NCBI GenBank assembly: GCA_017563185.1
Contig: JAFXIL010000152.1
Location: 1 to 63,247, forward strand
Direction of reading: 5' to 3'
From: Kiritimatiellia bacterium
GTDB taxonomy: Bacteria; Verrucomicrobiota; Kiritimatiellia; RFP12; UBA1067
DNA: 63,247 bases
Shown: positions 33,568-40,812 of the stretch, in pieces
How the letters are laid out: each line of letters begins with the position of its first letter
How positions within the stretch are numbered: position 1 is the first letter of the stretch
Made by a program: the position numbers and the translations under genes
Notes under the pieces: model-generated
The model's input: only the letters and a program-made list of their open reading frames with translations
What the model was told of the DNA's origin: nothing
Databases searched by the model: none

Positions 33568-34313
33568 ATGGCGCCTAATGGCTGGTGGCCGCGGAGGAAT
33601 GCGGCGGCCACGGCGAAGGCGCTCACGACATTCAGCGAGTTCTTCATGCCGTGCGAGCGGATCTCAAGCACTTCGTCGGCCATGGCCACCACGTCGGGAT
33701 CAAGCCCGAAGCGCTCGTTGCCGAGCAGAATGGCACATGGAACGACGATGGCGGCGCGCGATATGTCGGAAGCGCCGTCCACCGTCTCGAGCGCGTAGAT
33801 GCGCCGCCCTTCGGCGCGCAGGGCGTCCACTGCGTCGCGAACGTCGTCCACGTGCGTCCAGGGGGTCGTCTCGTCGGCGCCGAGCGCGGTCTTCTTGACC
33901 TGCGGATTCTCGGGCGTGGGGGAGTAGCCGCAAAGCACGAGACGCTCAGCGCCGAAGAAGTCCGCCGTGCGGAAGATGCCACCCATGTTGAATGCGCTGC
34001 GCACGTTGTCCGCCACCACCGCGAATGGTGCGCGGTCGGCGCACGCCGGGCCGTCCGTCGTGCGGATTCCCATCTCGGCGTCCGTCACCTTTGCACGCCT
34101 GTCCACGCGCTCTAGCGGCACGAGCGCCGCCTGGATTGAGCGTTCGGTAGCGCCGGGCTGCAGCAGATGGGCGATCGCCAGAAGGCGCTTCGACTGGGCT
34201 GTGCGGAGGAAGTCGAACGCCGCGGCTCGCACGGCGTCGTCTCCAGGCCGCGCAGCCGCTTCGCGCACAAGGCGATATGCTTCGCGCCACTCTTCGTTGG
34301 AGAGGTCGATCAT
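33561..34313 (-). CDS. TrmH/SpoU family RNA 2'-O-methyltransferase
   Basis: 250 aa. NMGGIFRTA, LLGNERFGL and SLNVVSAFAV motifs. The start overlaps the panC stop (ATGA). Confidence 0.85.
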   Translation of the reverse strand: MIDLSNEEWREAYRLVREAAARPGDDAVRAAAFDFLRTAQSKRLLAIAHLLQPGATERSIQAALVPLERVDRRAKVTDAEMGIRTTDGPACADRAPFAVVADNVRSAFNMGGIFRTADFFGAERLVLCGYSPTPENPQVKKTALGADETTPWTHVDDVRDAVDALRAEGRRIYALETVDGASDISRAAIVVPCAILLGNERFGLDPDVVAMADEVLEIRSHGMKNSLNVVSAFAVAAAFLRGHQPLGAMH

Positions 34314-35155
34314 TTGATCTGGATGTTGTCGATGAGGCGCGTCTTGCCGCAGTACACGGCGAGAAGCACGGCCACGCCCTTCTCAAGGCGCTTCACCGGC
34401 GCGAGCGTCTCGCCGTCAACGGCCTCCACGTAGTCCACGACGAGCCCTGCGGACTCCAACCGCCGCACTATCTTGGCGCGCTCGGCTTTCCACGGCGTCT
34501 TGCCCTTCGCCTTCACGGCCGAGGCCGCCGCGAAAAGCGCCTGCGAAAGCGCGCAAGCCCTCTTCCTCTCGTCGTCAGAAAGGTACGTGTTGCGCGAGCT
34601 GCGCGCAAGCCCGCTCGGCTCGCGCACGATCGGAGCCACAACCACGTCGAGGTCGAAGTTCAGGTCGCGCACCATGCGCCGTATCACGGCGGCCTGCTGG
34701 AAGTCCTTCTGCCCGAAAACGGCGAAGTGCGGATGCACGAGGTTGAAGAGCTTGGCGACCACTGTGCAGACGCCTCGGAAATGACCTGGACGCCGCGCTC
34801 CGCAGAGTCCCTTCGACAGATCCTCCTCGTTCACGTACACCGAATGCGCGTCGAGGTACATGTTCGCCGGCGTGGGGAAGAAGACGGCCGTTGCGCCGGC
34901 CGCACGGCACTTGGCGAGGTCGGCCTTCTCGTCGCGCGGGTACTTGTCGAAGTCCTCGTTCGGGCCAAACTGCACGGGATTCACGAACACGCTCACCACG
35001 ATCTCCTGCGCCCCGCGCCTCTTCGCCTCCGCTATTAGCGACAGATGCCCCTCGTGGAGATATCCCATCGTGGGCACAAGCGCCACCTTACGCCCCTCCA
35101 TGCGCCTGGCGGCGCACCATTTCTGAAGCTTCTTCGGCTCTGTAAAAATCTTCAT
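34310..35155 (-). CDS. panC: pantoate--beta-alanine ligase
   Basis: 281 aa. PTMGYLHEGHLSL HIGH-type motif and FGQKDFQQ. AGGAGG SD upstream. Confidence 0.95.
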   Translation of the reverse strand: MKIFTEPKKLQKWCAARRMEGRKVALVPTMGYLHEGHLSLIAEAKRRGAQEIVVSVFVNPVQFGPNEDFDKYPRDEKADLAKCRAAGATAVFFPTPANMYLDAHSVYVNEEDLSKGLCGARRPGHFRGVCTVVAKLFNLVHPHFAVFGQKDFQQAAVIRRMVRDLNFDLDVVVAPIVREPSGLARSSRNTYLSDDERKRACALSQALFAAASAVKAKGKTPWKAERAKIVRRLESAGLVVDYVEAVDGETLAPVKRLEKGVAVLLAVYCGKTRLIDNIQIK

Positions 35156-35194
35156 CTCTTCCTCCTTGAAGCAGGCACCCTGCCCGCGCCCATG

Positions 35195-35203
35195 ATTATA
35201 CCA
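35195..35203 (-). promoter_or_regulatory. extended -10 promoter (panC)
   Basis: TGGTATAAT lies 39 nt upstream of ATG 35155. AGGAGG SD lies in the leader. Confidence 0.55.
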
Positions 35204-35227
35204 AATCCGCCGCGCAAGGTGAAGGCA

Positions 35228-37681
35228 TTACCGGCGCGCCGCCAGGATGCGGCGCACATGGTCGCCCGGACCAAGCATCTCGGCCTTGCCGCCCGGCGGC
35301 GTCACCTTCGCCCTGGTGCCGGGCGGAATCGTGAACTTCCATTCAAGGCCGCCGTCCGGCGAATAGCGCCACTCGCTCTTCACCACGCCGAACTTCGTGC
35401 GGTATGAGGCCCTGCAGAAGCCAACGCGCCTGTCGGGTCTTGGCGCAAGCTCGAACTCTGCGTACCCGCCCTTCTCGCCTGGACGTATCCCCGCCATCGT
35501 GCGGTACATCCATCCCATCACCGCGCCGTAGGCGTAGTGGTTGAAGCTGTTCATCGCCACCGGGCCAAACCCGCGCTCCTTCGTATAGCCGTCCCAGCGC
35601 TCCCATATCGTCGTCGCGCCCTGGTCCACGGAGAAGAGCCACCCCGGGCACTCGTGCTGCAGCAGCACCGAATACGCAAGCTCAGGATCGTCCATCACAT
35701 CCGCCAGCACGTCGAGCAGAATCGGCGTTCCGAGGAATCCCGTTCCGATCTTGAAGTTGCCGCGCCTGATGCTGGCGGCGAGATCGGCCTTCGCCGCGGC
35801 CTCGGCGTCCTTCGACGGAAAGAGCCCCAGCCACAGCGGGAAGAGCGCGGGCGTCTGCATGTCGCGGTAGCGCTCCGCGAGCCTGCCGCGGTGGTCGAGG
35901 AAGAGGTCGCGGTAGCGTTTGACCGACTTCGCCTCGCGCGCGGCGTACGCCTTGGCTGACTTCTCGTCGCCTATCGCGCGCGCCATCTCGCGCATCATCC
36001 TGAGGTCGCTTATGTGGAAGCAGGCGCCTAGCATGTCCCAGTACTGCATGTGGTCCGCCTTCGTCTCGCCGTCCCAGAACGGCTTCGCTGCATACGGCGC
36101 GCCCCAGCCGCGGCGCCAGCTTTCGTACCGCGCGGGCGCAAGCCAGTCGGCGCACTGATTCTCGCCGAGTGGCGTTGTCCAGTCTGTGCGGTCGATAAGC
36201 GCCATGAACTTCTGCATCGCCTCCCAGTTCGCCCTGACGACGGCGGCGTCGCCAAACTGCCGCCACAGCGTGTACGGCACGATCACGCCTGCGTCGGACC
36301 AGCCGATCATGTATCCGCGCTCGCCGGACATCGGCGCCATGATGCTGAAGGTGCCCGCGTACTTGTTGTTGCCGCCGACCTGGGAATCGCGCATGTCCGT
36401 CATCCACTTCGACAGGAACCCGTACACGTCCGCCGCGTACACCGCCGCCCCCGCGAACGCCTGCGTGTCGCCTGACCATCCCCAGCGCTCGTTGCGCTGC
36501 GGGCAGTCCGTCGGCACCGAGAGGTAGTTGGAGCGCATGCCCCACACGCAGTTGGAGATGAGCCGGTTCAGGTCCTCACGCCCCGTCTCTATCGCGCCCG
36601 TCTCGTCCTCGGGCGCTATGGACATCATCGGCAGAAACCTCAGGCTCTCGATCTCCACCCTTGCCGTCGCCGCAAACGAGAAGTATCTTCCACCGAAGAA
36701 GGTGAACGACGGGCTGTACCTCTCCTTCCCGCTTCCCGCGAACTTGTACGCGATCGCCGTTCTCGCGCTTCTATAGTTCGCGAAGTACGCGCTTCCCGCA
36801 GGCCCGTCGTTGCCGCGCCTCTTCTCGCCGTTGCCGTCGTTGAGCATCTCGGCGGGATGCGCGGCGAGCTTAGTCCCGGCGGGCGCCGTTGCCACGATCT
36901 CCGGCACGCCTGCCGCGTTCTGCCCGAAGTCCACCACAAGCCGCTCATCGCCGGGCTCCAAGACGATGCGCTCGCCGTCCCTGTAGCGCCGCAGCACCTT
37001 CGCCTTCCCGTGCGCATCCTTCGACGCGCCCTCAGCGCCTTTCCACACGTAGATCTCGCGAGGCGCAAGCGCGAGGTCGCGCCGCGTCTTCACCGTGCGT
37101 CCCTCAACCGGCGTGACCGCTCCCTTGAACTCGTCGTTGATCTTCGCGCAAGGCCAGTCCACATCGCCGGTCGCGCGCCACGACGCGTCGATGCGCGCAT
37201 CGTACGTCTCGCCCCAGTAGATCGTGGCGTGCACCACGTTTCCGCCGTACGATCCGCGCCATGTCGTGTCGGTGGGGATCGAGACCTTCGTTCCATCCGC
37301 CTTCTCAATCTCGAGAACTCCCCAGAAGCTGGAGAGCTTTCCGCGGCGGCTCACGACCGCGTCGCGCCACCAGCCGGTGGAGACTTCTGCGGCAAGCACG
37401 TTGCGGCCCTTCTTCACAAGCTGCGTCACGTCGTACGAGAACGAGTGGCGGCGCTTCGCCACGTGCGTGAAGCCCGGCTTCAGGCAGTCGTCCGCTCCCA
37501 CCTCGCCGCCGTTCATGTACGCGCGGAACACGCCAAGGCCAGAAACAGTCCATGTGGCGCGGCGCACTTCGCCGCCGCACTCGAACGTCTTCACGAACCT
37601 CGCGGTGTCGCACACATTGTCGTCGCCCTTAGGCACCGGCCCGTCCACCGCGATGAACGCCGCAAGAAACATTGCCAGCAT
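35228..37681 (-). CDS. alpha-L-rhamnosidase (GH78)
   Basis: 817 aa with a signal peptide. Rhamnosidase N-terminal and six-hairpin regions (WWRDAV..., VPTDCPQRNERWGWSGD). Confidence 0.85.
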   Translation of the reverse strand: MLAMFLAAFIAVDGPVPKGDDNVCDTARFVKTFECGGEVRRATWTVSGLGVFRAYMNGGEVGADDCLKPGFTHVAKRRHSFSYDVTQLVKKGRNVLAAEVSTGWWRDAVVSRRGKLSSFWGVLEIEKADGTKVSIPTDTTWRGSYGGNVVHATIYWGETYDARIDASWRATGDVDWPCAKINDEFKGAVTPVEGRTVKTRRDLALAPREIYVWKGAEGASKDAHGKAKVLRRYRDGERIVLEPGDERLVVDFGQNAAGVPEIVATAPAGTKLAAHPAEMLNDGNGEKRRGNDGPAGSAYFANYRSARTAIAYKFAGSGKERYSPSFTFFGGRYFSFAATARVEIESLRFLPMMSIAPEDETGAIETGREDLNRLISNCVWGMRSNYLSVPTDCPQRNERWGWSGDTQAFAGAAVYAADVYGFLSKWMTDMRDSQVGGNNKYAGTFSIMAPMSGERGYMIGWSDAGVIVPYTLWRQFGDAAVVRANWEAMQKFMALIDRTDWTTPLGENQCADWLAPARYESWRRGWGAPYAAKPFWDGETKADHMQYWDMLGACFHISDLRMMREMARAIGDEKSAKAYAAREAKSVKRYRDLFLDHRGRLAERYRDMQTPALFPLWLGLFPSKDAEAAAKADLAASIRRGNFKIGTGFLGTPILLDVLADVMDDPELAYSVLLQHECPGWLFSVDQGATTIWERWDGYTKERGFGPVAMNSFNHYAYGAVMGWMYRTMAGIRPGEKGGYAEFELAPRPDRRVGFCRASYRTKFGVVKSEWRYSPDGGLEWKFTIPPGTRAKVTPPGGKAEMLGPGDHVRRILAARR

Positions 37682-37740
37682 TTTTCTCTCCTTCTTTTCT
37701 TTGAACTTGAATAGCGCAATAAAACTCTTCAGATGCGCTC

Positions 37741-37770
37741 TTGCCTTACATGCCTCAATTGTTGTATAAT
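37741..37770 (+). promoter_or_regulatory. sigma70-like promoter of tRNA-Ser
   Basis: TTGCCT (37741-37746), 18-nt spacer, TATAAT (37765-37770). The tRNA 5' end lies 15 nt downstream. Confidence 0.6.
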
Positions 37771-37784
37771 ATCCGCACCTTTCA

Positions 37785-37874
37785 GGAGGGTTGGCGGAGC
37801 GGTCGATCGCGGCGGTCTTGAAAACCGTTGACCATTCACGTGGTCCGGGAGTTCGAATCTCTCACCCTCCGCCA
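37785..37874 (+). tRNA. tRNA-Ser (anticodon UGA)
   Basis: Manual cloverleaf. Acceptor stem GGAGGGT/ACCCTCC, anticodon stem GCGGT/ACCGT with loop CTTGAAA, long variable arm GACCA/TGGTC, T-loop GGGAGTTCGAATCTCTC, and an encoded 3' GCCA. Confidence 0.92.
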
Positions 37875-37878
37875 CCTG

Positions 37879-37897
37879 CCGCGCGAAGGCCGCGCGG
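37879..37897. terminator. 7-bp GC hairpin between convergent tRNA-Ser and PNP gene (possible bidirectional terminator)
   Basis: CCGCGCG-AAGGC-CGCGCGG, located 4 nt after the tRNA CCA end and 4 nt before the PNP stop. It is flanked by an A4 run only. Confidence 0.35.
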
Positions 37898-37901
37898 AAA
37901 A

Positions 37902-38720
37902 TCAGCAAGCCGTCACAAAGTCGTCGAGGAGGCCGGCCATCACGCCCTTCGCCGCCGCAGACGCGGCAATCACCTCTTCGTGGCAGAGCGGCTTCGCCGA
38001 TATGCCGGCCGCGAGATTTGAGACTAGCGAGAGCCCGGCCACCTGCATTCCGCACGCATGGGCGAACACGGCTTCGGGAACGGTGCTCATGCCCACCACG
38101 TCGGCGCCAAGGTGTCCGTACGCGCGGATCTCCGCCGGCGTCTCGAATGCCGGACCAGATGTGAACGCATACACGCCCTCCATCACGCGGAGACCGCGCT
38201 TGTTCGCCGCGCCGTGCAGCACGTCGCGCAGATGCTGCGTATAGATTTCCGTCATGTCGGGGAAACGCGCGCCCCACTCGGGATTGTGCGGACCTATGAG
38301 CGGATTGATTCCAACGGTGTTCACATGGTCGCGCAAGATCACGAAGTCGCCCGCGCGCAGCGCGGGATTGAGCCCGCCTACCGCGTTCGTGAGCAGGATC
38401 CTGCGTCCGCCCATGCGCCTGAAGAGCTCCACAGGAAGCACCACGGCCTCCCAGCCCACGCCCTCGTACCAGTGGCGGCGTCCGCAGAACGCGGCGATGC
38501 GGCGTCCTGCGCGCTCGTAGAGGCGGAACTCGCCCGCGTGGCCCGCCACCGTGGCCGCGCCAAGGCCCGGGATGTCGGCATACGAGAAACGCGCGATCGT
38601 GCGGTCGCATGTGAGGGCGTCGCCCCAGCCGCTGCCGAGAACTATCGCGAGGTCGGCGGGGCGGTTGAAGCATTCGTCCGGCAGGAATCCCGCCGCGGCG
38701 TCAAAGAACTTCGTGTCCAT
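37902..38720 (-). CDS. purine nucleoside phosphorylase (PNP/MTAP family)
   Basis: 272 aa. GSGWG, GRRHWYEG, FVILRDH and VGMSTVPE motifs. Confidence 0.88.
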   Translation of the reverse strand: MDTKFFDAAAGFLPDECFNRPADLAIVLGSGWGDALTCDRTIARFSYADIPGLGAATVAGHAGEFRLYERAGRRIAAFCGRRHWYEGVGWEAVVLPVELFRRMGGRRILLTNAVGGLNPALRAGDFVILRDHVNTVGINPLIGPHNPEWGARFPDMTEIYTQHLRDVLHGAANKRGLRVMEGVYAFTSGPAFETPAEIRAYGHLGADVVGMSTVPEAVFAHACGMQVAGLSLVSNLAAGISAKPLCHEEVIAASAAAKGVMAGLLDDFVTAC

Positions 38721-39897
38721 TCCAGGTGATCCTTCCTTCTAGCGCCGTGCACACGGGCCATGCGGAGAAGCGCATTCCGGCGAACGGCTGGTTTGATGAT
38801 TTCGTGTGAAAGAGAGACGGGTCCACGGCGCGGTTCGCCTTGAGATCCATCACCGTGAAGCTGCGCGCGGAAGGCGTCTCGCCGATGAGGGCGGCGGGGC
38901 CTGTCGTCCACCTGGCGGCCCAGTCGGCGGGGCTCATGCCCTCCCCCTCCACCATCACGCGCCATGTTATCGCGGCCGCGGTCTCGAGGCCCACTATGCC
39001 GTTTGCCGAAGTTGCGAAGCCGCCCTGCTTGCGCGAGGCGTGGTGAGGGGCATGGTCCGTCGCGAAGAGCCCCAGAGTGCCGTCCTTCACGCCTTCGCGG
39101 ATCGCCGCCACGTCCTCGCGCGTTCCAAGGGGCGGCGCCATCTTCCAGTTGGCGTCGTCGCGCGGAATGTCGTCGCACGAGAGCAGCAGATGGTGCGGCG
39201 TCGCCTCGCCCGTCACCGGCAGGCCCTCGCGCTGCGCCGAGCGTATGAGCTCCACCGTGCCGGCGCACGAGATGTGCTGCACGTGGAGCGCGCAGCCCGT
39301 CACGCGACAGATCGAGATGTCGCGCCGCACGGCCTCGGTCTCTGCCTCGGGAGGCATCGTCGGAAGGCCGGACCGGCGCGCCACGGCGCAGTCGCGCATC
39401 ACGCCGCCTGCGAGCAGAGACGGCACCACGGCGTGCTGCATCACGGGGCGGACGAGCTTTGCCGCACGGCGCATCGCCGCCTCCATCACATGGGCGTCTT
39501 CCACGAACGAACCGTCGTCCGTGAAGGCCACCGCACCCGCTGCGGCAAGCGCCTCGAGGTCTGCCACCTCGCGCCCGAGGCGCCCCTTGGTGATGCACAC
39601 GGAAGGCGCGATGCGCACGGGCAGAGACGCATCTTCGATCTGTTCGCGCAGCCACTCCGCGCTGTCGCCCGCCGGCGTGGTGTTCGGCATCGTTGTGACG
39701 CACGTGAAGCCTCCCGCTGCAGCAGCCGCTGCCCCCGTCGCGCGCGTCTCAGCCTCCGGCGTGCCGGGATCGCGGAAGTGCACGTGCACGTCGCGCAAGC
39801 CGCCCGGTACGATGAAATACCGGGATTCGTCGCGGTACCGCTCTGGCACCGCCGCGGCATCTAAAGCAGAACCATGTGTCTTGACACTGTTTGACAT
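38701..39897 (-). CDS. pyrC: dihydroorotase
   Basis: 398 aa from ATG 39897 (MSNSVK...). The track start at 39921 is a GTG that lies inside the promoter. DVHVHFRDPG metal-binding motif and TTMPNTTP. Confidence 0.85.
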   Translation of the reverse strand: MSNSVKTHGSALDAAAVPERYRDESRYFIVPGGLRDVHVHFRDPGTPEAETRATGAAAAAAGGFTCVTTMPNTTPAGDSAEWLREQIEDASLPVRIAPSVCITKGRLGREVADLEALAAAGAVAFTDDGSFVEDAHVMEAAMRRAAKLVRPVMQHAVVPSLLAGGVMRDCAVARRSGLPTMPPEAETEAVRRDISICRVTGCALHVQHISCAGTVELIRSAQREGLPVTGEATPHHLLLSCDDIPRDDANWKMAPPLGTREDVAAIREGVKDGTLGLFATDHAPHHASRKQGGFATSANGIVGLETAAAITWRVMVEGEGMSPADWAARWTTGPAALIGETPSARSFTVMDLKANRAVDPSLFHTKSSNQPFAGMRFSAWPVCTALEGRITWNGHEVL

Positions 39898-39903
39898 GGC
39901 CCT

Positions 39904-39932
39904 ATTATACCAAATTTTCACGGTGCGCGCGA
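39904..39932 (-). promoter_or_regulatory. sigma70-like promoter, leaderless geometry (pyrC)
   Basis: TCGCGC (39932-39927), 17-nt spacer, TGGTATAAT (-10 at 39909-39904), then 6 nt (AGGGCC), then ATG 39897. Confidence 0.6.
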
Positions 39933-39936
39933 AAAT

Positions 39937-40812
39937 TCAACGGGGCTCGTCATCGTCGGCAATGCCGAATCCGCGCGGACCGTATATGCCGTTGCCAGAG
40001 CTGATGAATGCGCTGTGCGTGGCCTCGTCCACCCAGCCTGGCTTTCCGCCTGCCATGTACGGCTGGTGGAAGGCCTCCACGTGGCCGTCGAGAAACGCCA
40101 TGTTGCAGTGGCGCTTCGAGCCTGCACCGTGGCGGAAGGCCTGCGTGCCGGCCTTGCGAAGCGATGCGGCGGAATTGTCGTAGTGCTTGTCCTGAAACGG
40201 CGCACGCATGAACTTGTTCGGTCCGCCCGAGTAGCCGCCATCGCCGAACACCACCACGCGATCCGGGTGGAGCACGTCGTCGAAGCGCGTGGGATACATT
40301 CGCGAGCCCTTGTCGTTTTCAACGCGGCCGAGGAAGCAGACATTGTAGTTGTAGCCGGTCATGCGGTTGCCGTCCCAGTTGTCGCTACGCTCCTGCCGGC
40401 ACTTGGGGCAGCACATCACGTCGTCCATGCGCCAAGAGTCGAACATCTCGCCGCACTGCCATCCCTTGTCCGCACCGGCGAGGCGGCGGAAGTCCCAGCA
40501 GAAAGACGCATATTCGCTCCAGGACGATATCCCATGCCGTTCCGGACGCTCCCTTGGATACAGAATCTGCGCAAGCTCGCCTTTGCAGTACGTCTCGTCA
40601 TGCGTGGAAGGCTCAATCATTCCCCATGGGAACACCCCCTCCCTTTGCGAGTACTCGAAGCATACAAGCGCCAGCTGCCGCAGATTCGACCGGCAGCCGA
40701 CGTCAAGAGCCTCCTCCTTCGCATCCATCGCAGCGGGCACCAGCAGTGCGGCGAGCAGCACGATCATGCCCACCACTATCATCAGCTCTACGAATGTGAA
40801 GCCGCGCCGCAT
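39937..40812 (-). CDS. prepilin-type N-terminal cleavage/methylation domain protein, DUF1559 / H-X9-DG-like pseudopilin
   Basis: 291 aa from ATG 40812. RRG|FTFVELMIVVGMIVLLAALL prepilin signal with Glu+5. C-terminal NMAFLDGHV motif typical of the DUF1559 family. The ATG overlaps the stop of the upstream gene (TGATG). Confidence 0.85.
   Translation of the reverse strand: MRRGFTFVELMIVVGMIVLLAALLVPAAMDAKEEALDVGCRSNLRQLALVCFEYSQREGVFPWGMIEPSTHDETYCKGELAQILYPRERPERHGISSWSEYASFCWDFRRLAGADKGWQCGEMFDSWRMDDVMCCPKCRQERSDNWDGNRMTGYNYNVCFLGRVENDKGSRMYPTRFDDVLHPDRVVVFGDGGYSGGPNKFMRAPFQDKHYDNSAASLRKAGTQAFRHGAGSKRHCNMAFLDGHVEAFHQPYMAGGKPGWVDEATHSAFISSGNGIYGPRGFGIADDDEPR

Noticed and set aside
37729-38673. 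314-aa minus-strand ORF overlapping the tRNA-Ser locus.
   Set aside because: It lies out of frame with the clear PNP gene, is Arg-rich, and runs through the tRNA on the opposite strand.
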